NCBI GenBank assembly: GCA_963819945.1
Contig: CAWFYD010000001.1
Span: 67,755 to 131,754, forward strand
DNA from: an uncultured Acidimicrobiia bacterium
GTDB taxonomy: Bacteria; Actinomycetota; Acidimicrobiia; IMCC26256; JAENVU01
DNA length: 64,000 bases
Direction of reading: 5' to 3'
In this document: in pieces, positions 32,201-41,650 of the stretch
Layout of the letters: the number at the start of each line of letters is the position of its first letter
How positions within the stretch are numbered: position 1 is the first letter of the stretch
Notes under the pieces: generated by a model
Told to the model about the DNA's origin: nothing
The model's input: the letters and a program-made list of their open reading frames with translations, nothing else
The model's database searches: none
Translations under genes and position numbers: made by a program

Positions 32201-32818
32201 ATGGCCGGAGCAACCCGTGACCGCATCCTGGCCGAGGCGACCCGGCTCTTCGCCGAGCGCGGGATCAAGGCCACCACGGTGGCCGACATCGAGGGGGCGG
32301 CCGGGCTGCGCCGGGGATCCGGCGGCGTCCACCGGTACTTCCCCACCAAGCACGACCTCGTCTGGGGTGTGCTCGAAGCCCAGCTCACCCGCGCCCGGCG
32401 CGTCTTCGACGATGCGCGCGAGTGGGAGCCACCCACACCCGAGACCATCCCCGAGTTCCTGGCGCAGCTCGGGCGCTACATGCTCACCAACGCGGATGAC
32501 AACCGCGAGGTTGCGCTGATCATGCTGCGCGAGGCGCACAACCTCCCGCCCGGGGTGCTCGCCGCGCACGAGGCGGGGAACCTCGACCTCGCGTACACGA
32601 CGACCGCGGCCGCCATCCGTGCCCGCCAGGAGAGCGCAGGAGTCACCGACCTCGACGCCGACGCGGTGGCGTTCCTCGTCGTCGCGCCGCTGATCTACTT
32701 CCGGCTGATCGAATGGGCGACCGGCGGCAAGATCCTCGACCTCGACGACGATCGCCTCCTCGCGACGTGGGTCGACATCTTCACTCCCGTGTTCCAGCGC
32801 CTCGCCGGCGGCGAATGA
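32201..32818 (+). CDS. TetR/AcrR-family transcriptional regulator
   Basis: Intact frame with the N-terminal HTH RILAEATRLFAERGIKATTVADIEGAAGLRRGSGGVHRYFPTKHDL. Confidence 0.9.
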   Translation: MAGATRDRILAEATRLFAERGIKATTVADIEGAAGLRRGSGGVHRYFPTKHDLVWGVLEAQLTRARRVFDDAREWEPPTPETIPEFLAQLGRYMLTNADDNREVALIMLREAHNLPPGVLAAHEAGNLDLAYTTTAAAIRARQESAGVTDLDADAVAFLVVAPLIYFRLIEWATGGKILDLDDDRLLATWVDIFTPVFQRLAGGE

Positions 32819-32864
32819 GCGCATTGGCGCACGCGACGGTTGGCCCCACAACTTTGTTGCGCCC

Positions 32865-32888
32865 GTAACTCTATCTAGGTAGAGTTAC
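32865..32888. promoter_or_regulatory. inverted repeat GTAACTCTA-N6-TAGAGTTAC; probable PadR operator
   Basis: Perfect 9-bp arms end 4 nt before the GTG start of the PadR gene. Confidence 0.45.
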
Positions 32889-32891
32889 GCG

Positions 32892-33203
32892 GTGGACCGC
32901 CAGCGCCAACCATCGCCGCAGACGGCCAAGGTGCTGTTGGCCTTGGCCGAGCAACCCACGCCCTGGCGCTACGGCTACGACCTGGGCCGCGAGGTCGGCC
33001 TGAAGTCCGGGTCGCTCTACCCCATCCTGATGCGCCTCGCCGATCGAGCGCTCCTCGAGGCGGCGTGGGAACAGAACCCGGCGCCGGGGCGACCGCCGCG
33101 TCATCTCTACCGCCTGACGCCGAAGGGCCTGTCCCTGGCCGCCGAGCTACGCCCGGCGGCGGTCACGCGTCGGGCACGACTGCAGCTGGGGCCGGCGACG
33201 TGA
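32892..33203 (+). CDS. PadR-family transcriptional regulator
   Basis: Intact frame: KVLLALAEQPTPWRYGYDLGREVGLKSGSLYPILMRLADRALLEAAWE...RHLYRLTPKG. Confidence 0.85.
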   Translation: MDRQRQPSPQTAKVLLALAEQPTPWRYGYDLGREVGLKSGSLYPILMRLADRALLEAAWEQNPAPGRPPRHLYRLTPKGLSLAAELRPAAVTRRARLQLGPAT

Positions 33204-34295
33204 TCGTCGTGCTGCTCGGCCCGATCATGCTCTGCGCCGTGCTGTGGGTGCTCGTCCGCTCCGGTCGCGCGATCCCTCGCGCCGCGCAGCAGGCAGCGCG
33301 ACTCGGAAGCGCCCGCTCGGGGATCACGCCGTGACCTGCCGACAACGATCCTAGGGTTCAGTGCTCGTCGCCTGCGCGGTCAACGTGGCGACTGGGCCGA
33401 TGCGATGGAGACGGAGCTCGACTCCATCACCGGCCGGATGGCTCGGTGGCGTTTCGCGCTCGGCAGTGTGCGGGTGGCGATTGCCGCAGCCACCTCGTGA
33501 AGAGCAACCTGTTCCGCTTCAGCAGATGACGATGATCGTCGTCGGCGCGGTCGCCGTTGTCGGCGATCGCGATCTACGGCCAAATCCGGTTGGCCGCGAA
33601 TGCCTCGACCGGCGGCCACGGGCTCCTGTACACCGCCGTGGCCGCCGCCATCATCGTGTTCGTGCTCGCCGCTCAGGCCGCCATGGCCATCCGGCGCGCC
33701 CGCGCCGCCGATCCCGCCGCGAAGGTTTCGCGCAGGTGGGGAATCGCCGGGGGCGGCGTCATGGGTCTCTGTCTGCTCATCTCCCAGACCCCGCCGATCT
33801 CGACATCGGGGTTCCACATCGCAACAGTGAGCTTCGTTCTCGCATTGGCGACACCGCTGATCGTCGGTGTGCTGGCGTCACGCGCGTCGCACGACCGCCG
33901 GGCGGGGGGCAGCGCAGGCGCCTGGGCCGGCGCAGTCGGCGGGTTCATCTTCCTCATCGGCTTCATGACGATCACGCTCGCCGCGACGCAGTGGTTCACG
34001 CACGATCCCGGAGACCATCCGCGCATACCAGGACTCGTTGTCACCGGCGCATTTCGCGTCCTACGGCACGCACTACCGCTCGATCGCCGGCTTCGTGATG
34101 AGCGAGAACAATGACACTGCGCTCATCGGGGGCCTGCTCTGGTTCCCTCTGCTCGCGACGTCGCCGGGCGCCTTGGTGCCCGCGTCACAAGATGGGCAGA
34201 TCCGCCCTACGCGAAGCGCTCCGCAGATCGCTCGAACAGCTTCCGGAATTCGAGCACCTCAACGTAGAAGCGCGGTGAAGTGGCGAGCGCGATGA
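33200..34295 (+). CDS. PadR-linked integral membrane protein(s), heavily frameshifted; boundaries uncertain
   Basis: GTG 33200 overlaps the PadR stop and opens a small TM ORF (VIVVLLGPIMLCAVLWVLV). Next comes DWADAMETELDSITGRMARWRFALGSVRVAI (from about 33390). Four or more TM helices follow in ORF 33557..34114. The continuation HFASYGTHYRSIAGFVMSENNDTALIGGLLWFPLL is in ORF 34038..34295. Confidence 0.45.
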
Positions 34296-34313
34296 CGTGG
34301 CGAGCGCGGTGAC
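34280..34313. repeat. 17-bp tandem duplication GTGGCGAGCGCGATGAC / GTGGCGAGCGCGGTGAC
   Basis: Read directly from the sequence: two adjacent copies with one A/G difference, in a region with no convincing coding frame. Confidence 0.8.
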
Positions 34314-34467
34314 GTCCAGCACCGGTACGAGCATCAGTGGCGGACCTTACTGGGGAGACGCAGCGCGCTGACGGGCGCTTCCGGCGGGTTGACGCCTCGC
34401 TCCTGACGCCCCGGGCGGCCACCCATTATCAGGCGTGCGGGCAAGCTCGCCGCCATAGGTTTGCGGG

Positions 34468-35361
34468 GTGCGAGCAATGCGAGAGCAGCATCGGGTTGGT
34501 TTGGACTACCTGGAAGCTTCGACGGCGCTTCTGCAGCCGAGTCCGCCGCGCTCACCCCACGAAAGGGTTGTACGAAGCAGCCGACCTGCAGTGGTGGTGG
34601 CGCACGCCCGCGCGCTACCGACGATCTCGGTCAGCTCTTCTGGTTCGATCAGCTCGGCCGCCCCGAAGCTGCGGTGATCGCCACCGACTGGGGCGACCGC
34701 ATCGCGCTCGATCCGATCGTCATGCCCGACGCAACTCCCGACTGGGTTGGCCACGTCATCGAGCGCGGGCTTTCCCACGCCAGTGAGTCCGGGTTTGCCG
34801 CGGTCGAGCTCGAGGTCGACCGGGCCGATGACGTGCTGCGTGAGGTGTTGTTCGGCCATGGCTTCGCGATCAAGGACGACGGACTGGTCGAGTCGTGGCT
34901 GGCTGCAGACGCTCGACCGGAGATCAGCCCGCTGCACGAGAACTACCGGTTGTCCAGTCGCCTCGACACGACGCGGCCGTCCGCATCACATGATCAAACG
35001 GAACGGACCCGACGTCGAGGCGCGGCTGCGCCAGACCTCGCTGTACCGCCCCGACCTCGATCTGGTCGTCCTCGACCGCGACGACAACCCCGCCGCGAGC
35101 GGCCTGTTCTGGTACGACCCCGAGACTGCGACGGGTCTCGTCGAACCTATGCGCACCGAAGACGATCACCAGCGACGAGGACTGGCCCGCCACGTGCTCA
35201 CCACCGGCATCGACCGGGTGGCCGAGGCCGGCGCGGCGCGCATCAAGATCTGCTTCGAGCCGGACAACCCGGCATCGAGGGGTCTCTACCTCAGCGTCGG
35301 CTTCGAACCCGTCACGCAGACCGACGTCCTCGCTCGCCGGGCGAGCGCACCAGCTTCGTAG
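34468..35361 (+). CDS. GNAT-family N-acetyltransferase; frameshifted
   Basis: Pieces lie in ORFs 34468..34677, 34337..34786, 34461..35480 and 34747..35361. The C-terminal acetyl-CoA-binding region reads VEPMRTEDDHQRRGLARHVLTTGIDRVAEAGAARIKICFEPDNPASRGLYLSVGF. Confidence 0.75.
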
Positions 35362-35378
35362 GTCTTCCTGCTCAGCCG

Positions 35379-35463
35379 TGCCCGGAACAGGATTCGAACC
35401 TGTACGCCCCCGAGGGAGCCGGCGGGTTTAAGCCGCCTGCGTCTGCCGTTCCGCCACCCGGGC
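35379..35463 (-). tRNA. tRNA-Leu (anticodon UAA)
   Basis: The 85-nt cloverleaf was folded by hand. The acceptor pairs GCCCGGG with UCCGGGC and the discriminator is A. The D-stem pairs GCG with CGC. The anticodon stem pairs GGCGG with CCGCC, with loop CUUAAAC. There is a long variable arm, as expected for Leu. The T-arm is ACAGG-UUCGAAU-CCUGU. CCA is not encoded. Confidence 0.9.
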
Positions 35464-35469
35464 AACAGG

Positions 35470-35841
35470 AGTCAGGGTAGGCGCCGGCGGTTGCTCTTCC
35501 GCTTTCTCCGCCTGCTCCAGCGCGGGGAGGTCGATCTCCGGCTCGGCAGCTCGTCGCCGAGCGCGAGCTGGAAGGCCCGGCGCAGGCGCGGCACGCGAAT
35601 CCGGCCCGACGCGGTTGGCGGCGAGCACGCCGTCGATCATGTCGTCGACCACCTCGCCGTAGGACCGCCCGCGCAAGGTGACCGAGACCACCGCGCCGCC
35701 GGGGTAGCGGCGCAGGGTCCGGCTCGCCTCGCGCACCCGGGGCGGGCTCCGGAACGCGGGGACGAGCAGCCCCGACGCCCGCGCGGCCGCGCCCAACCGA
35801 CGAGCGGCAGTAGCAAAGCGCAGCGCCGGGACTCCATCCAC
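35470..35841 (-). CDS. hypothetical protein
   Basis: ORF 35428..35841 (MDGVPALRFATAARRLGAAARASGLLVPAFRSPPRV...). The listed 3-prime end would overlap the tRNA, so the real stop is probably upstream of 35463. Confidence 0.4.
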
Positions 35842-35905
35842 CGCTCGACTATCCCATGGGCCTGGGACAGCTACGCCGGTACCGCCCGTCGCGAGCGTCG
35901 CACCG

Positions 35906-37235
35906 ATGAAGCTGCCGGCCCGACGCAGCGATCACGACCGCGACATCCTCCGGCTGGCGGTCCCGGCATTCGGGGCCCTGGTCGCCGAGCCGCTCTACCT
36001 GCTGGCCGACACGGCGATCGTCGGCAACCTCGGCGTCCGTCCCCTCGGCGGCCTGGCGGTCGCCGGCATCGTGCTCACCGCCGTCTTCGGCATCTTCAAC
36101 TTCCTCGCCTACTCCACGACCGGCGCGGTGGCCCGCCAGCTCGGGGCGGGCAACACGCGAGCCGCGGCCGAGCAGGGGATCGACGGCATCTGGCTCGCGG
36201 CGGGGCTCGGGCTCCTGCTCGCGCTCGCCGGCCTGCTCCTCGCGCCGGTGATCGTGGACGTGATGGGCGCGTCGAGCTCCGTCCGACCGTTCGCGCTGAC
36301 CTACCTGCGCATCAGCCTGCTCGGCTCGCCGTTCATGCTCATCGCGCTCGCCGGCGCCGGCTACCTGCGCGGCATGCAGGACACCAAGACCACGCTCGTC
36401 ATCGCGATCGCCGCGAACACCCTGAACCTCGGGCTCGAGCTGCTCTTCGTCTACGGGCTCGACCGCGGGATCGCCGGCTCGGCCTGGGGAACCGTGGCCG
36501 CGCAGGTCGTCGCCGCGCTCGCCTTCCTCGTGATCGTCCGCCGCTCGGCTCGCCGCGCCGGCGCGGGGATCCGGCCCCGGGCGGCCGGGGTGAGGAACAC
36601 CGCCGTCGTCGGGAGTCATCTGATCGTGCGCACCGGCTCGCTGCTGCTCGCGCTCCTCCTCACCACCGCGGTCGCCGCTCGCATCTCGGACGTCGCCGTC
36701 GCCGCGCACCAGATCGCGTTCCAGATCTGGACCTTCCTCGCGCTCACGCTCGACGCGATCGCCATCGCCGGCCAGGCGCTCGTCGGGCGCTTCCTCGGCG
36801 CGAGTGACGACCTCGGGGCCAAGGCGGCGTCGCGGCGCATGCTCGAGTGGGGAATTGGCGTCGGGTTGATCCTCGGGGCGCTGACGGCGCTCCTCCGACC
36901 GGTCCTGGTCCCGCTGTTCACCGACGATCGCGCCGTGCAATCACTGGCCGAGCAGGTCCTCTGGTTCGTCGCGGCCCTGCAGCCCGTCGCCGGCGCGGTC
37001 TTCGTGCTCGACGGCATCCTCATCGGCGCCGGCGATTCGCGGTACCTGGCCGCCGCGATGGCGGTCGCCACCCTTGCTCTACCTCCCGCTCGTCGGCGCG
37101 GTCTCGGCCCTCGACGGCGGGCTCATCGCCTTGTGGGCCGCCTTCTCACTCTGGGTGGTAGCGCGCCTGGTCGGGATGGGAGGCCGATTCGCGACGGATC
37201 GGTGGGCCGTGACGGGCGCGGTGCGGCGCGCCTGA
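35906..37235 (+). CDS. MATE-family efflux transporter (DinF-like); one frameshift near 37075
   Basis: The 12-TM profile runs across ORF 35906..37276 (ILRLAVPAFGALVAEPLYLLADTAIVG...). The last helices, LYLPLVGAVSALDGGLIALWAAFSLWVVARL, read in another frame to TGA 37233..37235. Confidence 0.85.
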
Positions 37236-37278
37236 CGGTCGGCTTGCGCAGGACCAGGCAACGCGGTTTCCTCTGAAC

Positions 37279-38325
37279 GTGCCCGAGCTTCCCCGAGACG
37301 GCGACATCCAGTTCCTCGAAGCCCTGGGTCTCGGCGCGTCCGAAGACGATCGCCCCGGATCTCCTCCGCCCGCGGCCGAGGACCCGGCCGAGCTCGAGGC
37401 GCTGAGCGACGCGCTCGTCGAGGCACTCGGTGCCACGCCGCCGGCTGACGGACCGGCGTCCGACCTGGAGCCCCCGGGCCTCTCACTCGTCCCCGCGCCG
37501 CGCCCCGAACGGCTCGACCTCGAAGCCGAGGAGTCCACGATCCGGCGCGGCGACGTCGACGCGTGGGGTCGCAGCGAGCACCTGCGCTCGTTCGTCCGGC
37601 GCGTGTACGACCCGATCTACAAGCACTGGTTCCGCGCCGAGTGGGAGGGGCTGGAGCACATCCCCCGCACCGGCGGCGCGCTCCTCATCGCCAACCACGC
37701 GGCCGCGATCCCGTCGGACGCGCCGGTGATCATGCACGGCATCGAGACCGAGCTCGGCCGGCCGGTGTACGGGCTCGCGGAGTACCTCTTCCGTGCGCTG
37801 CCGGTGCTCGGCACGCTGTGGTCGCGCTCGGGCGGTGTCCCCGCGCATCCGGACAACGCGTACCGGCTGCTCAAGGACGACGAGCAGCTCGCGCTCGTGT
37901 TCCCCGAAGGCGCGAAGGGAACCGGCAAGCACTACCGCGACCGCTACAAGCTCCACCGCTTCGGTCGCGGCGGGTTCGTCGAGATCGCGATGCGCTCCGG
38001 CGTGCCGATCATCCCGATCGCGGTCGTCGGCGCGGAGGAGTCGATGCCGACGTTGTTCAAGAGCCGGCGGATCGCCGCGCTGCTGAACATCCCGTACTTC
38101 CCCATCACCGCGAACATGCTCGCGTTCGGTCCCGCCGGTCTCGGCATCTACTTCCCCGCGAAGTTCCGGCTCCGCGTGTTGCCGCCGGTGCACTTCAACG
38201 TCCCCGCCGACCAGGAGCGCTACCCGCGGGCGTTGGTGATGGAGGAGTCCGAGCACATCCGCGAGATGATCCAAGAAGCCCTCTACGACATGCTGCGCAC
38301 GCGTCGCAGCGTGTGGTTCGGCTGA
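37279..38325 (+). CDS. 1-acyl-sn-glycerol-3-phosphate acyltransferase family protein (PlsC-like) with acidic N-terminal extension
   Basis: Intact ORF with the acyltransferase motifs ANHAAAIPSD (HX4D-type) and VFPEGAKGTG. Confidence 0.85.
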   Translation: MPELPRDGDIQFLEALGLGASEDDRPGSPPPAAEDPAELEALSDALVEALGATPPADGPASDLEPPGLSLVPAPRPERLDLEAEESTIRRGDVDAWGRSEHLRSFVRRVYDPIYKHWFRAEWEGLEHIPRTGGALLIANHAAAIPSDAPVIMHGIETELGRPVYGLAEYLFRALPVLGTLWSRSGGVPAHPDNAYRLLKDDEQLALVFPEGAKGTGKHYRDRYKLHRFGRGGFVEIAMRSGVPIIPIAVVGAEESMPTLFKSRRIAALLNIPYFPITANMLAFGPAGLGIYFPAKFRLRVLPPVHFNVPADQERYPRALVMEESEHIREMIQEALYDMLRTRRSVWFG

Positions 38326-38329
38326 GCGG

Positions 38330-39372
38330 ATGCGCGTCCTCGTCACCGGGCTCGGCACCTTCTGGGGGAGCCGCCTCGCCCAGCAGCTCGAACAGATCGA
38401 GGGCGTCGAGAGCATCGTCGGCCTCGACACGCATCCGCCGCGCCTCCCGCTCGAACGCACCGAGTTCGTGCGCGCCGACTCGAACTACTCGATCCTCGAC
38501 CGCATCGTGCGGGCGACGCGGGTCGACACGATCCTGCACACGCACCTCATCGTCGACTCGACCGAGATCTCGGACCGGACGCTCCACGAGATCAACGTGA
38601 TCGGGACGATGAACCTGCTGGCCGCCGCGGGCGCCGCCGGCAGCCCGGTGCGCAAGGTCATCGTGAAGAGCTCGACGCTGATGTACGGCTCGAACTACAA
38701 GGACCCGTACTTCTTCCGCGAGACGATGCCGCGCACGCGTCCGCCGCGAACGAGCGTCGAGCGCTCCCTGCTCGACGCGGCCGCGTTCGTGCGCGACTTC
38801 GCGATCGACAACCCGCACATGACCGTCACCAAGCTGCGCTTCTCGAACGTGCTCGGCGACGACATCGTCACGACGCTCTCCAACGCGTTGCGCCTGCCCG
38901 TCGTCCCCGAGATCTTCGGCTTCGACCCACGGCTGCAGTTCACCCACGAGGACGACGTGACCGGCGCGCTCCTGCACGCGACGACCCACGACGTGCCCGG
39001 GGATCTACAACATCGCCGGTGACGGCGCGCTGCCGTGGAGCGAGGTGTGCGCGATCGTCGGCAAGCGCCGGTTCGCGCATGCCGCCGCTGCTCACCGGCT
39101 GGTTGGCCGAGCCGCTGCGCATGCTGCGCGTCGTCGACCTGCCGCCGGAGGTGCTCAGCCTGCTGCGCTACGGCCGCGGCGTGGACAACAGCCCGTTCAA
39201 GCGCACCGGCTTCCGCTACCGCTACAGCAGCGCGGGGACCGTGAACGCGTTCGCCCGCAGCCTCCGGCTCGAGAAGACCGTCGGCGACAAGAACCCGACC
39301 TACCAGTACGAGCGGGATGTCGAGACGTTCTTCCGCCACTCGCCCGCGGTGGTCCACACCGACGGAGGCTGA
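38330..39372 (+). CDS. NAD-dependent epimerase/dehydratase family protein; frameshifted near 39000-39090
   Basis: The Rossmann N-terminus MRVLVTGLGTFWGSRLA is in ORF 38330..39022. The C-terminus is in ORF 39019..39372. Confidence 0.8.
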
Positions 39373-40131
39373 GTGCCGCTCCACGTCGAACGGCGCGGTC
39401 GCGTCGGGATCCTGACGCTCGACGACCCGGAGCGGCGCAACGCGCTGACCCAGGACCTCGTCGACGCGATCACGGCGGCCGTCTCGACGTTCGAGGCGGA
39501 CGACGCGATCGGCGCGCTCGTCGTGACCGGCGCGCCGCCCGCGTTCTGCTCGGGTGCCGACGTCGAGCGCGCTCACCGGGCTCGCGCGAGGCCGGCCGGG
39601 ATCCGGGTGACGTGCGCGAGATCTACGCCGGGTTCCTGCGCGTCCTCGACTGCCCCCTGCCCGACGATCGCGGCAGTGAACGGTCCGGCGGTCGGCGCGG
39701 GCTTCAACCTCGCGCTCGCGTGTGACGTACGCGTCGCGGGCACGAGCGCGCGCTTCGATGCTCGCTTTCTGCGCATCGGGATCCACCCCGGTGGGGGTCA
39801 CACCTGGCTGCTCGACCGGGCCGTCGGCCCGCAGGCCGCGGCGGCGATGAACCTGTTCGGCGAGCGGGTCAGCGGGGAGCGCGCGGCCGAGATCGGGCTG
39901 GCCTGGGAGTGCGTCCCCGACGCCGATCTGCTCGATCGGGCCACCGAGCTCGCGGCCCGGGCGGCCGATGCGCCCCGGGAGCTGACCATGCGGGTGAAGG
40001 CCAGCCTGCGTCACGCAGTGTGGCAACCAAGCTTCGACGACGCCCTGCGCTTCGAGCTCGAGCACCAGGTGTGGTCGTTGCGCCAGCCCGAGTTCAGCGA
40101 GCGGATGCGGGCGCCGAAGGACAAGCCATGA
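39373..40131 (+). CDS. enoyl-CoA hydratase/isomerase family protein; compensating frameshifts near 39560-39650
   Basis: The GTG start directly follows the previous stop. The motifs are ILTLDDPERRNAL, VVTGAPPAFCSGAD and AAVNGPAVGAGFNLALACDVRVA. Confidence 0.85.
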   Translation: MPLHVERRGRVGILTLDDPERRNALTQDLVDAITAAVSTFEADDAIGALVVTGAPPAFCSGADVERAHRARARPAGIRVTCARSTPGSCASSTAPCPTIAAVNGPAVGAGFNLALACDVRVAGTSARFDARFLRIGIHPGGGHTWLLDRAVGPQAAAAMNLFGERVSGERAAEIGLAWECVPDADLLDRATELAARAADAPRELTMRVKASLRHAVWQPSFDDALRFELEHQVWSLRQPEFSERMRAPKDKP

Positions 40132-40174
40132 CCCGCTCGGCGCTCCGTACCCCCTGCCGCGTAGCCTCCCCCCG

Positions 40175-40802
40175 ATGAGCCAGGTCATCGATCCGATGGA
40201 GGCGGAGCCGCTCGACGCGATCGTCGTCGACGACGGGCCCTCCAAGGTGACCCTGGCCGCGACCTGGATCGTGGTCGCGCTGCTCGCGTTCCTCGCGCTC
40301 TGGTGGACGTGGAACCACGTCATCAACCCGAACGGCGGCTCCGTGGTGGACCGGTACGTCGCCGGCGACGGCGGGCACCTCTACGAGTCGCTGCGCGACG
40401 AGTTCCGCGTCGAGCTGCCCACCACTCCGCAGCGCCGCGAGTCGGCCAACGGGGTGGTCGTCGTCGACAGCCGCCCGGGCCCCGACTACCTGTTCGCGGT
40501 GATCCGTCAGCCCGAGCCGGACACCGCGCTCGAGAACTACACCCCGACGCTGAACACCGCGGCCGGCGCGCTCGCGGACGCAGGTCGGCGGCGAGATCGT
40601 GTCGCAGAGCGACCCCATCCCGATCCCCATCAACGGCGTCGTGATCAAGGACGTCGTGTTCCGCAAGGGCGACCACTACTACCGGAACCGCCTGATCCTC
40701 GCGAACGGTCGCCTCTACACCCTGCAGGTGATGGTGAAGGGCAGGAGCGAGAAGGAGTTCACCGCGATGGCCAAGACCTTCAAGGTCCTCGGACCGCGCT
40801 GA
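40175..40802 (+). CDS. hypothetical membrane-anchored protein; one frameshift near 40590
   Basis: An N-terminal TM helix (LAATWIVVALLAFLALWW) is in ORF 40175..40852. The C-terminus VIKDVVFRKGDHYYRNRLILANGRLYTLQVMVKG is in ORF 40599..40802. Confidence 0.55.
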
Positions 40803-40837
40803 TCCGACGTGGCGTCACCCCGGGCGACAGCTTCTCC

Positions 40838-40867
40838 TTGACATGTGACTAAAAGGTCACGTATCTT
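40838..40867 (+). promoter_or_regulatory. sigma-70-like promoter (TTGACA-N18-TATCTT) with embedded palindrome GTGAC-N6-GTCAC; the transcript would be leaderless
   Basis: The -35 element is at 40838..40843 and the -10 element at 40862..40867, 6 nt before the GTG start at 40874. The palindrome sits in the spacer and is a candidate ArsR operator. Confidence 0.5.
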
Positions 40868-40873
40868 CGCGGG

Positions 40874-41620
40874 GTGGACGAGATCTTCAAGGCCCTCGCT
40901 GATCCGACCCGGCGGAGCCTGCTCGACGAGCTGTACCGCTCGGACGGCCAGACCCTGAGCGAGCTCGAGGAACGCTTCGAGATGTCGCGCTTCGGTGTGA
41001 TGAAGCACCTCAAGCAGCTCGAGGAGGCGGGTCTCGTCGTCACCAGGAAGAAGGGGCGGGAGAAGTTCCACTTCCTCAACCCCGTCCCGATCCGGCTCGT
41101 CCACGACCGGTGGGTGAGCAAATACGCCGAGCCCTGGGCCGCCGAGCTCAGCGGACTCAAGACCAGACTGGAGAACCCCGTGGAGAAGATCTTCGAGATC
41201 TACATCAAGACGACGCCCGAGCAGCTGTGGAATGCCATCACGGACCACGAGACGCGACGCAAGTACAACTTCGGCGTCGGGATCATCTCGGACTTCACGC
41301 CCGGCTCGCACTTCGAGATGACCAACGGCGAGTTCGCCCTGGGCGAGGGCGAGAACCTCGAGGTCGACCCGCCGCGCAAGCTCGTGCAGAGCGCCACCAT
41401 GCTCTGGAGCGACGAGGTGAAGAACGAAGGGCCGACGCGCATCACGTGGGAGATCGAGCCGGTCGGCGACTCGTGCCGTCTGACCGTCACGCACGACCAG
41501 ATCCGCGAGGGCGCGACCGACGAGATCTACGGCGGCTGGCCGATGATCCTCTCCGGCCTGAAGACCTGGCTCGAGACCGGCGAGCTGCTCACCACCCCCG
41601 GCTCCCTGATGTACACCTGA
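40874..41620 (+). CDS. ArsR/SmtB-family HTH regulator fused to an SRPBCC (AHSA1/START-like) domain
   Basis: Intact ORF. The HTH reads IFKALADPTRRSLLDELYRSDGQTLSELEERFEMSRFGVMKHLKQLEEAGLV. The SRPBCC domain is about 150 aa (IYIKTTPEQLWNAITDHE...). Confidence 0.85.
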   Translation: MDEIFKALADPTRRSLLDELYRSDGQTLSELEERFEMSRFGVMKHLKQLEEAGLVVTRKKGREKFHFLNPVPIRLVHDRWVSKYAEPWAAELSGLKTRLENPVEKIFEIYIKTTPEQLWNAITDHETRRKYNFGVGIISDFTPGSHFEMTNGEFALGEGENLEVDPPRKLVQSATMLWSDEVKNEGPTRITWEIEPVGDSCRLTVTHDQIREGATDEIYGGWPMILSGLKTWLETGELLTTPGSLMYT

Positions 41621-41650
41621 CCCAGCGGCGACGAGGTTCCTGATGCTTCC

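Noticed and set aside
34207-34422. A minus-strand 70-aa ORF considered as a possible toxin/antitoxin-like small gene.
   Set aside because: Only the last roughly 25 residues look protein-like, the upstream part is Arg-rich junk, and the frame depends on the 17-bp duplication. It is kept only as part of the degenerate-region finding.
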